Shown: piece after piece, positions 1 through 12,661 of the stretch
How positions within the stretch are numbered: position 1 is the first letter of the stretch
How the letters are laid out: every line of letters starts with the position of its first letter
From: Octopus sinensis
Taxonomy: Eukaryota
Length of the DNA stretch: 64,000 nt
Reading direction: 5' to 3'
Assembly: GCF_006345805.1 (NCBI RefSeq)
Contig: NC_043010.1
Coordinates: 64,170,001-64,234,000 of the forward strand
Made by a program: the position numbers and the translations under genes
Notes under the pieces: generated by a model
What the model saw: only the letters and a program-made list of their open reading frames with translations
Told to the model about the DNA's origin: nothing
Database searches by the model: none

Positions 1-2266
1 TGAGGAAAATGAATGGGATGAAGAGAGCCTGCCGAATGTCGACCCAACAGAGGGATCAGCAATCCGAGTTAACAGTTCCTTAGTAGTTAAGGCAATTACA
101 AGCATGAAAACAGGGAAAGCCCCAGGCCCATCAGGAATTACTGCAGAGATGCTCAAAATATCTGGTTGTGTCGGCTATAGCCTAGTCACCCGTATAGTTA
201 ACCAGGTGATACACAAAGAAGTCATACCCAATGACTGGTGTAGCAGCATAATAGTCAACTGCTACAAAGGTAAAGGTGACGCCCTAGATACAAATAACTA
301 CAGGGGTATCAAGCTGCTGGATCAGGTAATGAAGGTTACGGAGAGGGTTATAGCCCAATTAATTAGAGAGAGAGAGTGAGCTTAGATGAGATGCAGTTTG
401 GGTTCGTGCCAGGGAAAAGTACTACTGATGCTATATTCCTGGTAAGACAGGTGCAGGAGAAATACCTAGCCAAAGATAAGCCCCTGTACCTGGCTTTTGT
501 TGACATGGAGAAAGCCTTTGACAGGGTCCCCCGATCCCTTATCTGGTGGTCAATGAGGAAACTAGGGATAGATTAATGGTTAGTGAGAGCTGTGCGAGCC
601 ATGTACAGAGACGCTGCTAGTAAGGTGAGGGTTGGCAACGAGTACAGTGAAGAATTCCGGGTAGAGGTTGGGGTCCACCAAGGTTCAGTCCTCAGTCCCC
701 TCCTATTTATCATAGTCCTCCAGGCAATAACGGAAGAATTCAAGACAGGATGCCCCTGGGAGCTCCTCTATGCTGATGACCTTGCTCTAATTGCTGAGTC
801 ACTATCAGAACTGGAGGAGAAGTTTCAGGTGTGGAAACAAGGATTAGAATCGAAGGGCCTTAGAATCAACCTAGCCAAAACCAAAGTCCTAATAAGTAGG
901 AAGGTAGATCAATCACAAACGCCTTCAGGTAGATGGCCCTGCTCGATCTGTAAAAAAGGTGTAGGTAGAAACTCTATAAGATGCACCAAGTGTAAGCCAT
1001 GGACACATAAGAGGTGCAGCAATGTCAAAGGAAGGCTAACTAGGAAAATAGTTTTTGTCTGTGGCAAATGCTCAGGAGCAATAAACACTGGAAATGTGCA
1101 GAGACCAACTTCTACCACGTTCCAGGGAGACAAACTAGAAGTCGTTGATAGCTTCCGCTACCTAGGTGACCAAGTCAGTAGCGGGGGTGGGTGTGCTGAA
1201 AGTGTAACTGCTAGAGTAAGAATAGCCTGGGCAACGTTTAGAGAGCTCTTACCCTTGCTGGTGACAAAAGGCCTCTCGCTCAGAGTAAAAGGCAGACTGT
1301 ATGATGCATGTGTACGTACAGCCATGCTACATGGTAGTGAAACATGGGCCGTGACTGCTGAGGATATGCGTAAGCTCGCAAGAAATGAAGCCAGTATGCT
1401 CCGATGGATGTGTAATGTCAGTGTTCATAATCGACAGAGTGTAAGTACCTTGAAAGAAAAGTTGAACTTAAGAAGCATCAGTTGTGGTGTGCAAGAGAGA
1501 CGGCTGCGCTGGTATGGTCATGTGACGAGAATGGCTGAAGATAGTTGTGTGCAAAAGTGCTACACCCTAGCAGTTGAGGGAACCTGTGGAAGAGGTAGAC
1601 CCAGGAAAACCTGGGATGAGGTGGTGAAGCACGACCTTCGAACTTTAAGTCTCACCAAGGAAATGACTAGAGACCGAGACCTATGGAAGTATGCTGTGCG
1701 TGAGAAGACCCGGCAAGACTAGTGAGGCCATAACCCGTGGCCCCTACCTGGGACGTAGTCAGTCCACCTGTGCATACCTTCCTTCTTGGGACACTTGTGA
1801 AGACCTGTTGCGGCAAGTGAAAATTAAACCAAATCAAAATAGATGAACATCAATGGAATTTGTATCTTTGTGGTACCAGTGCCGGTGGCACACAAGAAAA
1901 CCATCTGAACGTGGCTGTAGCCAGTACCACATCGACTGGCCTCCGTGCTGTGGGCACGTAACAAACACCATCCGATCGTGGCCGTTCGCCAGCCTCGTCT
2001 GGCACCTGTGTCGGTGGCACATAAAAAACACCATCCAAGCGTGGCCGTTCGCCAGCCTCGTCTAGCACCTGTGTCGGTGGCACATAAAATCACCCACTAC
2101 ACTCTCGGAGTGGTTGGCGTTAGGAAGGGCATCCAGCTGTAGAAACACTGCCAGATCTGACTGGCCTGGTGCAGCCTTCGGGCTCCCAGACCCCAGTTGA
2201 ACCGTCCAACCCATGCTAGCATGGAAAGCGGACGTTAAACGATGATGATGATGATGATGATGATGA

Positions 2267-2270
<4 letters not shown>
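1..2270 (+). mobile_element. RTE-type LINE, 3' part (RT region, 3' UTR with ~60-bp tandem units, (GAT)n tail); 5' end lies outside the window
   Basis: RT motifs NYRGIKLL, QFGFVPGKSTTDA, DMEKAFDRVP, GVHQGSVLSPLLF, YADD, RLRWYGHV, GRGRPRKTW; 3' end ...ggacgttaaac(gat)n. Confidence 0.92.
2..1722 (+). pseudogene. Disrupted reverse transcriptase ORF of the RTE element
   Basis: 2-nt slip in the AG run near 365-378 and in-frame TAA at 574-576 (GID*WLVRA) split the frame into three pieces. Confidence 0.9.
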
Positions 2271-2354
<84 letters not shown>

Positions 2355-2389
2355 GTATATATACGCGCGCGCGTGTCTATATATATATT

Positions 2390-3125
2390 TATGACGGTGG
2401 GTTAAAATACTCATAAGCTGACCATGAAGTTGTGATGAAAAAGCTGTAAAATATTGCTTGCATTAATTTTAAGTCTTCTTATTAATAACTACATTCTTTC
2501 GTTCCCGGTCGACAAACATCTGACTGTTCATAGATTTCAAAAGTAACTAGTAGCAACTTCTCTTGTAAATGGTCAAATTTGGTCTTGTGTTGTTATCAAA
2601 GTGCCTGTTGGAAAAGGATTTAGCCCCAAACGATATTAACTCTGACATGGTCTTTGCATTAGGGGATGACATTCCAACTTTATCAGTTGTGCAAAAGTGG
2701 ATAGATAAATTTAGGAGCGGAAGAGAGAGTCTCGAAGATGACCCAAAGTCTGGAAATCTTGCAACTGCTACCACCGAGGAAAACGTAAATCGTATTCAAC
2801 ACTTGGTGATAGATGAGAGGCGACTGGCTGACTATAAATCACATAGCCAATGCTATCAGCATATCTCGTGAGGGAGTTGAATATTCTTCACAATGAACTT
2901 GGGATAACAAAGGTTTCTACTCGGTGGGTGTGATGTCTTCTGGTGCCTGATCAAAGCTCACCAAACTAATTACATCACATAAAAATTTGTTATTCTTTTG
3001 GGCAGATCTAGCTGGTTTTCATGAACGTTTCCTCAACTAAAATAGTGTTGGCTTCATCATTTTCAGTCAGAGCGAAAGAGACAATCCATGCAGTGGAAAC
3101 ACTCCTCCTAGCTTGCTCCAAAAAA
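2390..3125 (+). mobile_element. Degraded mariner transposon fragment
   Basis: HTH region LGDDIPTLSVVQKWIDKFRSGRESLEDDPKSG; decayed WV and QSMQW-like segments follow; TIR-like start atgacggtgggttaaaa. Confidence 0.8.
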
Positions 3126-3164
3126 GGCCAACATCGTTTCATCTGCGAGGAAGATGATGGCCTC

Positions 3165-3365
3165 AAGTTTCTGAGATGCAAGTATAGATGGGCTGGACAC
3201 GTCGCCTGGCTCACCGATAATCGGTGGACGCACGCAGCTGTCGAGTGGTACCCGCGTGAGCGGAAAAGACCACCCGGAAGACCTCCACGACGGTGGAATT
3301 ACGATTTCAGGAGGACGATTGGGATCACGTGGATGAGAAAGGCGCGATCCAGAAAGGAGTGGACA
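3165..3365 (+). mobile_element. 3' fragment of a second RTE family
   Basis: KYRWAGHVAWLTDNRWT..VEWYPRERKRPPGRPPRRW is an RTE C-terminal motif. Confidence 0.8.
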
Positions 3366-3378
3366 AATACGCACACAC

Positions 3379-4907
3379 ACAATATCTCACAGAAATATGA
3401 ACACCCCTAAAAATTTCAGTAATATTACCTTTACTCTGATAATATCGAAGGAAATCAAAAGAAATTTGTACTGAATAAAATATATTATACATGCAAACAT
3501 TATACAAATGTTTTGGAACACAAAACAAAAATTTTCAACGATATGAACGAAATATTAATTTTCAAATGATACAAAAATATGTACACCCTAACGTATTATT
3601 TGCTATATTCAATATTTGGTGTGACAAACCTTGCTGTCAATGACTGCATTAAGTCTTCTGGACATAAAGTTGACTAAATTTCCGCATATAACCGATGAAG
3701 CCGACCTCCATTCATCCTGAATTATGTCTTTCAATATTGTGGATTCTTTTCTTCTCAACCTTCCTTTTCAAAACACCCCACAGATGTTTTATTGGGTTTA
3801 AATCTGGTGATAGGCCAAGGCAATATCTTTATCTTTTTATCTAATAAAAACGTAGTCGTCATCTTTGAAGTATGTTTAGTGTTATTATCATGTTAGAACA
3901 TGGAATGTCTTTCTAGCTCCTTGAATGTTTTCAACATTTTCTGCAATATGCCACAATGGAGCCTTGAATCCGTTGTTCTCTCAATAAACGTGATTCCATC
4001 CACACCAGCCGCACTCATGCATCCCCAAAGCATAGCACTTCCGCCACCGTGTTCCCTTGTAGGCACGGTGCATTTGTTGCTATTATCTTCACCTTGTCGG
4101 CGCCATACTCGTTTAATACCACCAGACCCAAACAAGTTGATTTTAGTCTCGTCAGAAAAAAGACGACTTGATTTATGCTTGGTAATGAGGAAAGGTTTCC
4201 TACGAGGAATGAAGACCACACTGGTTCAAACTTCAGCGAACTGTTTGGGTAGACACACTCTTTCCACTAACAGAAGACACTTCTTGGGCCAAAGACGAAG
4301 CGGTACGACGCCTGTCCTCCATCACGCAACGTTCGATGTGGCGAATATCATGCGCATTTAAAATAGAAGGACGACCTGGGTGATGTTTATTGCTTAGCCG
4401 TCCAGTAGTTTTGTACTTCTGAATTACTTTCGCAAATGTGTTTACACTATGTTTTCGTTTGCTAACTAACTTGTATCTTAAACTATTCTTGTGCAAATTA
4501 AAAATAATTTTCTTCAAATTTTACCCTTTTGGTGCCATTTTAATCAAAATGAAAAAGATTTTCACCACAGTATATAAATCAGAATTCCTGCAAATACAAT
4601 AATAATGACCGGTGCAAAAATGCCAGAAGAAATAATCTATTAGAATCAAAACTATCAACAATATCTGAATTTAGTAAAAAAAAATATGGATAAAATATTG
4701 AATATAGCAAATTTCCTTTAGGGTGTACATATTTTTGTAACCTTTGAAAATTAATATTTCGTTCATATCTTTGAAAATGTTTATCATGCTTGCATGCATA
4801 ATATATTTTATTCAATATAAATTTCGTTTGATTTCCTTCGATATTGTCAGAGTAAAGGCAATTTTACTGAAACTGTTTAGGGGTGTACATTCCTTTAAGA
4901 GATATTA
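3379..4907 (-). mobile_element. Tc1-like transposon with long (~230-250 bp) IR/DR-type inverted repeats
   Basis: Left end aatatctcacagaaatatgaacacccct matches the reverse complement of the right end; motif tgtacaccc occurs twice in each arm. Confidence 0.88.
3609..4538 (-). pseudogene. Tc1 transposase pseudogene
   Basis: GRPSIL, FSDETKINLFGS, GGSAMLWGCMS motifs and HTKY* end; several stops and frameshifts. Confidence 0.88.
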
Positions 4908-4930
4908 TATATATATATAGAGAGAGAGAG

Positions 4931-5550
4931 GTGATCGAAGGATTCTAGTCGCTTAATATCTTCCACCCTCATCGGCCATGACTCGTTGCCGTAAAGGAGA
5001 ATCGTTCGCACTCCTTTAATTCATTTGTGGTGATCCAGTCGATGGCGTAATTGAAGAGTTGACGAAAGAACACATCCTTGCTGAACGCCAGACCGTATTT
5101 TGAAGGGTTCCGACACATTACCTCTGTCTATGCCGCATCCTTCATGTCCGATGACATCACTTTGTCTCCAACAATTCGGTGCGACACCAGTGCAAAAACA
5201 CCTCCCTCCGACAAGTAACCCTAACGAGACGTCTGCGTTGGCTGGGTTTTGCCCTCCGTCGTCAACCAGGAAAATTCATCTACGAAGCAATTGCCCCAGC
5301 TTCCCTTCAGGGTTGGCGAAAGCGATGTGGTGGACAACGAAAAACCTGGCTGATGACAGTCAAGGTTGATCTGGATCCCAACCTAGGCTCCCATGTCTAC
5401 GACGTTCGCCGCTGGAATAAGGAGTGGCTGGAGATCACGCGGACGTTAGCCTCAAATCGCCAGGCCTGGTTGGCGTTTGTGAGAGATGCAGCATTGAGGA
5501 TGAATGAAGGCAGCTCAACCCACCCCGGGTGAATGCTGTCTCAAAACAAG
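4931..5550. mobile_element. RTE fragment with an inverted 5' segment (4931-~5190 on minus, ~5195-5550 on plus)
   Basis: Minus strand reads SEPFKIRSGVQQGCVLS..NYAIDW and VRTILLYGNESWPMRVEDIKRLESFDH; plus strand reads RRLRWLGF..GGQRKTW..NRQAW. Confidence 0.75.
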
Positions 5551-5874
5551 AAGACACACACACACATAACAGCCTTTCTACCTATCTGTCTATCAATATA
5601 TAAGTCAGTAATACCACTATTAGGAATTGCGACTGATTTTTTAAAATAATCACCACAATTGCTACCACTATCATTACAATCACAAATGCAACTATCATTA
5701 TCCTCACCACTATCGCCAGCATTTTTAATTGAACTATCCAAACAAGTTTTTCATTTTCTTCCCCGTTCTCAGGTTCATCTTAAACTCCTCTCCTCCTGCA
5801 TCTCCCATTCATCATCATCATCTATCATAAATATTTGAATAGAAATAATGTGTTCAAATATGATATATTTTCAG

Positions 5875-6024
5875 CATCTTGCCACGGCCTAATTGATAGG
5901 TTTGGAGAATTAGGGAAGTTTCAATGTCACTGTTCTGAACTCGGTGACTGCAACTTCCATCAATATGGTTCATGTGGAAGTGGTACATGCATGCCTGGTT
6001 ACAAAGGTTCAACCTGCCAAATAC
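5875..6024 (+). CDS. Host gene exon A: MEGF10-type EGF-like repeat
   Basis: ttttcAG acceptor, GTAAGT donor, 150 bp, phase 1-1; SCHGLIDRFGELGKFQCHCSELGDCNFHQYGSCGSGTCMPGYKGSTCQI. Confidence 0.85.
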
Positions 6025-6539
6025 GTAAGTCAGTTTACAAGTCAATCTATAAGAATTATATAAGTCTATGTGCAGTCTTAATGATTTTATATATATCTTT
6101 TTGTAGTTGTATTGCTGTATAATTGTGTGTATCTGAGTATGATTACATTCGTACGGCTTTCCAAGTCACTCTCTATATAGATGCATAGATGGACACACAC
6201 ACACGTAAATATACACATACACAAACACACACATATGCATGTATGACATTATTCAGCTTTATTTCAAGATTTCTTGTCAATAGAGAAAGAACTGGTTTCT
6301 AACCTTGATCGAAGGGTTCTTCATTGGCATTTCAACAACATCAACTGGGTATTTTTGTATGTATGTATATGTGCATTACTTGGAGTCGGTACATGTACAG
6401 ATTTATATGATTTATCTTATATATGTATTCTCATGCATATAGTTGCATGTCTAGACATGCGCATATATACTTAAATGATGGAAAGTTTTACAGATTCTTA
6501 CAGTTCTAGTGATGGCTTGGATCTGTAGTCTTCGAATCA

Positions 6540-8438
6540 GCTTTCTCTTTTCTAGTTTTAAGAAACCTAATTTCTCAAGATTGGAAGTTAGGCAATGTGT
6601 TACACATCCCAGTGCCCCTATAATTACAGGTATAAACTTGAACTTGTTACTTGAATAGAGTAACTGTAGATTTCTTATTAGTTCAGGTTAGGTTCTTTTT
6701 CGCTGATCTTTAGTTTTATGTTAACATCCGCTGGGCAGCTGATTTCGACAACTGTACACAGTTTCTCATCTCTATCCCAAATCATTTATTTTATTGAAGT
6801 TTTCACTCGGATCCTTATTATGAGTGACTATGGTTACTACCACACTGTGGGGTTTTATTTGTTTAGTTTCAGGGTTATCCTTCCGACGGATCTCACTATA
6901 TAGCGTCTTAGCTGCAACATCGTGTCTCATCAGTAGATAATACCGTGATAGACAACTGCTTATGATGTGGGCGGTATCTTCAGTCTTTACTCCACAAGGT
7001 CTGCATCGTTTATCACGTTTTGATGCTTTTCCTGCATCTCTATCCCTTTTGTGCATCAAGTATTTGGTTGATATTTCCTGTTTCTGGATTGGAGACGCAT
7101 ACCTTTCAAAGTGGGAGTTAGTAAACTTGTTGTTGGTCCATGATAAACTGCTTTGATGATCAATGTTATTATAATTTTGGAGTTTTCTGCTAACATATCC
7201 ATGCATGATCTCCTGGTGATATGTTGCATTAGAGTTGTACGACTTCTTTGGGAATGTATTTTAAGTTATTAGACAAAGAATGCTGCTCAAGGAGCTACTT
7301 TCTGAGCCTCATGATGTTATCAGCCTCATGTACGTAAACTTGGTCAAGTGATGCACTTCGACACTGGTGACTAAAAGATGTTACCGAAAGAATATGATAC
7401 GACATTCAAAGGCATTCTGGATCGATGTTAAGGTTTTTTCCCCCTTGTTTTCGTTTTAGGTATTGGTGATCTACATCTCCGTTTATATGGAAACTATGTG
7501 TGCTAGTTAGTATCTTCTGGGTTCATATAATCTTCTGGGTTCGTATAATCTTCTGGGTTACTAAGTATCATATTCTGGGTTAGTATCATCAATGGCTCGA
7601 GTTTCATCAAGCATTCAATCAAGTTGTCAAAATGTTGGTATGAATACTGGCCCGGGAAGCACACCGTGGGCTATTGTTTTATTGAATGTAGAGAGTTCCA
7701 AGGTCCATATTTTTTCTATTCGATTGTAATATTCTTTAGTGACATGTGTCTTGTTGCAGATGCCAACATTCCTCATCAGATATAGGGAAAACAGCGAAGT
7801 CATTGATGGAGATGTTGCTTGTCTGGTTTACAGTTTTCCTTCTTTTCACAATCACATAGCAACATTTTTCTGATCTAACTCCAAACCTATATCCTTTGAG
7901 GATGTTGTAACCAGGTCAAGGCTCTTTTTCATCTTGTGCATATTCTTTGCTTATAGTTTCAAGTCATCCACAAAGAAACAGTGTGCAATTTTGGTATTTA
8001 TGTTTCCTTGTGAACCAGAGAGATATCCATCAGACTTTCTTAACATGAATGACAAGGGGTTTACAGAAAGTATAAACAATATCAAAGAGAAGCTGTCACC
8101 CTGGAATATACCTCTGCGAGAGTGTTTTCTACCAGTAATAATACATGCATTCCGTGTATTTAACTTCAAGATGGTGTCCCACGATGAAGTCAGGTCAGCT
8201 ATAGCTTTGACTATGCTCACTGGATCTTTAGCAAATCGAAGGGTGGGGGATAAAGTCAAAGGCTTTCCTGTAGTCCAGCCACTTTGAAACTAGGTTCCTC
8301 CTATGCTCCCGCCCCCTGACATTACAATTTTGTTTATATTCAATGTATCAACACGTTTCTGTGTTGATGCATTGCATACAAAAATAACAAGACCGGCGAA
8401 CAAGTGTAAAGAACTCTGCGCTTGTTTGAGATGTGAAA
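6540..8438 (-). mobile_element. Degraded R4/Dong-like non-LTR retrotransposon (RT plus CCHC knuckle / restriction-like endonuclease region)
   Basis: WLDYRKAFD, RGIFQGDS.S.ILF.LSVNPLS, FFVDDLKL, CRPCGVKTEDTAHIISSC..RHD. Confidence 0.8.
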
Positions 8439-9617
8439 TAATGGGTTTCCAGATAAATTCATTCGTTTTTAAACATTTACTTTTACCCTTATTTTTATTC
8501 CAAAATTTTAACAAATCACTCAATAATGTACTCTCCTTCATTGTTCACGACTTTTTGTCAATGTTCCACAAAATTTTCAGTGCTTTAATGGCAGATATCA
8601 CAAGGTCTTGACTCAAAGAATTCATCGAGCCACATTTCAATTCCATGTCGTTGTTGGAGGGCAACTGAAAACGTTGATAATCTGAAGATGCTTTAGCAGG
8701 AGAATATGGTGGGTACGGTAGAACTTTCCAACAGAGTTCTTGAATAACATTTTAAGCTATAATAGCGACGTGGGGACGAGCTTTATCGTGTTGACGAAGC
8801 ACGCAGTGTTACAGGTTAGGTTGTTTCAGCTGGATTACCTCGTTGAGCCGGTCCATTTGCTGAACGTAAAACTCTGCATTGACTGTGTGGATTTTTTTCA
8901 AGTATTTTGTAGTGGATTAGTCCTTCCATATCCCATCAAACACCTATCATTCTCTTGTGTAAATGCAGCTCTGGATCGAAATGTTGTCGCAACTCCTCCA
9001 TTTTTTCTGCTGCTTCATACTGATGCAAAGACATCATTTTCCATCACTGGCGAAGACATATTTTGTGTCCACGAATAACATGGCGTCGAGTGAGCAAACT
9101 GACGGAGATAGAGAAACGCTAAAGTTTTACTCTTACGTTCAGAGCTTGTGGCACCCATGCACCGAGTTTCTGGACCTTACTTGTCTAGTGAAGGTGACAG
9201 GCAATGGTATCATGAAAGCATCCCGTCTTTTCGGCTAATTTCTTTGTGGATGAACTCATTCATCGGTCCTCGCGGATGAGTTCGTTCAATCGGTCCTCAT
9301 TGAATTGAACAGTTTAGCTGGAAAGCGGGGAGTCTCTGAAGTCGAATTTCCATTCTTTAAAATGTGAAAACTATTTCCGTGCAGTTCTTTCAATATTAGC
9401 GCCTTCTCTGAACATAGCACAAATATCTCAAGTGGCTTTCGCACCTGTGGCACATTGATTCAAAGCAGGTATCGAAAATGTTCATTTCTTTTACTTGGCA
9501 TTCTATCGTTACATGTCAAAATGATAACCAAAAATTGCAGATCTATAAAAAAGACCTTCCAAACACTGTGATAAAAATAACATCGGAAAAGAACGAATTT
9601 ATCTGACAACACAATTA
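8439..9617 (-). mobile_element. Near full-length mariner (Mos1-like) with pseudogenised transposase (ATG at 9501, stop near 8516)
   Basis: TIR taatgggtttccagataaattcattcg (8439) pairs with aacgaatttatctgacaacacaatta (~9590-9617); decayed GAWVP, HDKARPH, PYPPYSP and GEYIIE* motifs on the minus strand. Confidence 0.85.
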
Positions 9618-10153
9618 TTTAAAGCAGTAGTTCCACTGCTTTTACAGGCTGCCGCCCTCTTGGCACACAGGCCGCATTCCTAGCGCCCCTCCCCCTCCCC
9701 ACCACAAATATAGACCACTTTCTGCAGCAAATTCAAAATAACTGTATTTCACAAATAAAACTTAAACCTAATTAGCCTATTAATATTTTTTACATGTATC
9801 ACCACATTTTGGTCACCCCATTATAATATAATACAATATAATATAATATAATATGATATAATATAGTATAATATAACATTATATATATATGGCTTTGGAT
9901 AATGAGGCAAAAACAGTGATTTGCTGATAATGGAATGCAGGCTGGAACTTCACTAACCCGGTTGAATCAACTAAGCGTGGGGGTGGAGGGGTCTGATGTT
10001 GAAGGATCCCAAACCCCTGAAATCTTAGAAACATCACATATGACGCATCCATAAGATGTATCTTGGAACTGTGTGTGTGTATGTGTGTGAGTGTGTGTAT
10101 GTATGTATATGCATCCATACAAACAAATATATATTTCTCTGTTTTGTCTTCAG

Positions 10154-10297
10154 GTTTATACCATTACTTTATAGCAAAAGCTCATCCCGATGGCATTTTC
10201 TCTGAATCATCATCGCAATGTCGAGACCTACCATTGATTTTGGAATTAAACTTTCAATACCGGGTTGCTACCGTAATATTGCACGGTATAAAAGGCC
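10154..10297 (+). CDS. Host gene exon B: first half of a divergent galactose-binding-like (FTP/F5-8C-like) domain
   Basis: ttttgtcttcAG acceptor, GTGAGT donor, 144 bp, phase 1-1, open; LYHYFIAKAHPDGIFSESSSQCRDLPLILELNFQYRVATVILHGIKG. Confidence 0.65.
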
Positions 10298-11948
10298 GTG
10301 AGTATAAAACCTTTAATCTTTACAGTACTGTCCAGTTTTAGTTATTTTTTTAGCTACATTTTTTCTATTCTTTTACAAACGATAATAATGTGCTATAAAA
10401 CCATTTTCTAATTTTGCTATGGCCTAGCCAGAATAAGAAGGATAGCACCCACGATGCTTGACATGGCTTTCGTGATTAGTGAGCGGAAAAAGCAGTAAAT
10501 TATTGCAGACCCGAGAGCTGTCTCGAATGTTTGCAACAAAGATCTCTTCAAAAGATACTCAAAGATCATTGTTCAGATGAGATATACGCCGCTTATTAGG
10601 ATATGATTCTAGCCTTTCATATGTAAATATCACGGAAGGTTGTGCCGTGTGTTTCTCGCAGGTGTGAAAAGTGAGGCAGTTGCAGATAAATGTCATAAGC
10701 AGACATGCTAGAAAAATCTCTACATCAGAAACATTTATGATGTAGGCGTGAGTAATGAAATTCGCCTTCTATTCTGTTTTACCTCTAATTAAAAGCGTTC
10801 ATATTCGGTAAAAAAACATTATCAAGTAAAGAACTAAAGATAATCTAGTATCAAATGCTCTCTAAAGCTTCTTGATTATTTCAGGGAATTCTATCTGTAT
10901 ATAAATTCATGGAATAAGCGTCAGCATTACGGCTTCTCCCAGAAATTATCAATATCACCTAATATTGTAACGTAATAAAGAATAGATGAAATATCTAAAA
11001 AGGAGAACCGAACTTGAAATCTATGAAGACAAGAGGTTCAATATAATGTGAAACTCTTCAATTTGTTTCCATTGTTGGACTTTTCTGATGATTTTTTGTA
11101 CCTGTGTATATTTATATGCTTGCATTTATATATGTATGTATGTATGTATGTTTTTGGTTTATTTTTCGAAATCCTAACAAATGGAGAAAATGCCAATTTC
11201 AAGTCAAGAAACAAACCCTTTCATTGGAATTTAGACAGCATCAAACAAGGCATACATGTATGTACGCTTGTATGCATGCATATACATATGAAGGCGAACA
11301 TATGCACATGGGCACAGACATTGATGGCATTCCATATGTGGATCTCATTACGTGCTGAACTTTATGAATATTTTACACATTTTGTCTGTACCTTTGACAA
11401 CTTGTAGATATAATCTTCCGATTAGACGTGTTCTTTGTGGCATTGTTGGTATCGTGGTTTTGTTGGTATTGTAAATTTCAGTTTCTCAAGATTGGTACTG
11501 AGGCAATTAGTAGGTAGTAAAGTGCTTCAGCACTTTAGGTAGTAAAGTGCTCCAGTAATTAATAGTGGAAATCTAAAGTCCTAGGTCCGTATGAAGTATC
11601 TGCAGTATCCTTTAGCATTATACTGACATCAGCTGGCTAACTGAGTTCAACTACTGTACCTAATTTCTTCTTTTCTCTGTTTCAGATTATTATCTATGGT
11701 CTGTTGTGCTGGCATTTATTGAAAGCTTGGCAGGAACGTCCCATCTGTATTCTTATGAATTATGTGTTTATGCCCCACCGCCCACTTCACCACGACATAT
11801 CACAGTAGCTTCTTATACCTGTCTCTACAGGACTGTCTGCACGTCTGTATGTGAATATGTCTGTCTGTCTATATCTCTATCTGCCAGCATATCCGTCTGT
11901 TAGTATGCTTATTCATCAGTATATCTGTCCTCTATATCTATATGTAGT

Positions 11949-12335
11949 GCAGGCGCAATGGCCCAGTGGTTAGGGCAGCGGACTCACGGTCGTAGGATCG
12001 CGGTTTCGATTCCCAGACCGGGCGTTGTGAGTGTTTATTGAGTGAAAACACCTAAAAGCTCCACGAGGCTCCGGCAGGGGATGGTAGTGATCCCTGCTGT
12101 ACTCTTTCACCACAACTTTCTCTCACTCTTACTTCCTGTTTCTGTTGTACCTGTATTTCAAAGGGCCGGCCTTGTCACTCTCTGTGTCACACTGAATATC
12201 CCCGAGAACTACGTTAAGGGTACACGTGTCTGTGGAGTGCTCAGCCACTTACACGTTAATTTCACGAGCAGGCTGTTCCGTTGATTCAGATCAACCGGAA
12301 CCCTCGTCGTCGTAACCGATGGAGTGCTTCCATTC
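11949..12335 (+). mobile_element. tRNA-derived SINE, head type 1 with body 1
   Basis: A box tggcccagtgg, B box ggtttcgattcc; first ~165 bp nearly identical to the SINE at 41465. Confidence 0.85.
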
Positions 12336-12661
12336 CATAGCTATCCACGCTCACATATTTACTATAGGGAGAAAAATTGGCTAAATTATTTAAAAGGTCC
12401 CATACAATGGAATGATGTAAAATCCAGGGAAAGAAGGCTATTCACTGATTCTTCGATGTGTTTTCTCTGGATGTTATTTACATAGTTGTTCTTTTAAAAT
12501 TTTAGATATTCATTGATCTCGCTATTATGCGTTTAATTAATTAAAATTTCAGCTGAGTTTTGGATTAGGTAACCCCTATCTCACACAAAAAAGTGGAAAA
12601 AGGGAAATTTTCGAAAAAGAAAGTTTTCCGAATTGTAATTTCTTTTGCATGAAATAAGAAT

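Noticed and set aside
1940-2090. CRISPR-like repeat array
   Set aside because: The units are contiguous tandem copies without unique spacers, lie in a LINE 3' UTR of a eukaryote, and there are no cas genes.
11686-11830. Strong acceptor-like site (ttttctctgtttcAG) with an open phase-1 frame
   Set aside because: No convincing donor and no domain similarity; exons B and C already join sensibly without it. RNA-seq would settle this.
11949-12025. tRNA genes at the SINE heads (also 41465 and 42702)
   Set aside because: A and B boxes are present, but there is no complete cloverleaf or terminator and they run into repeat bodies.
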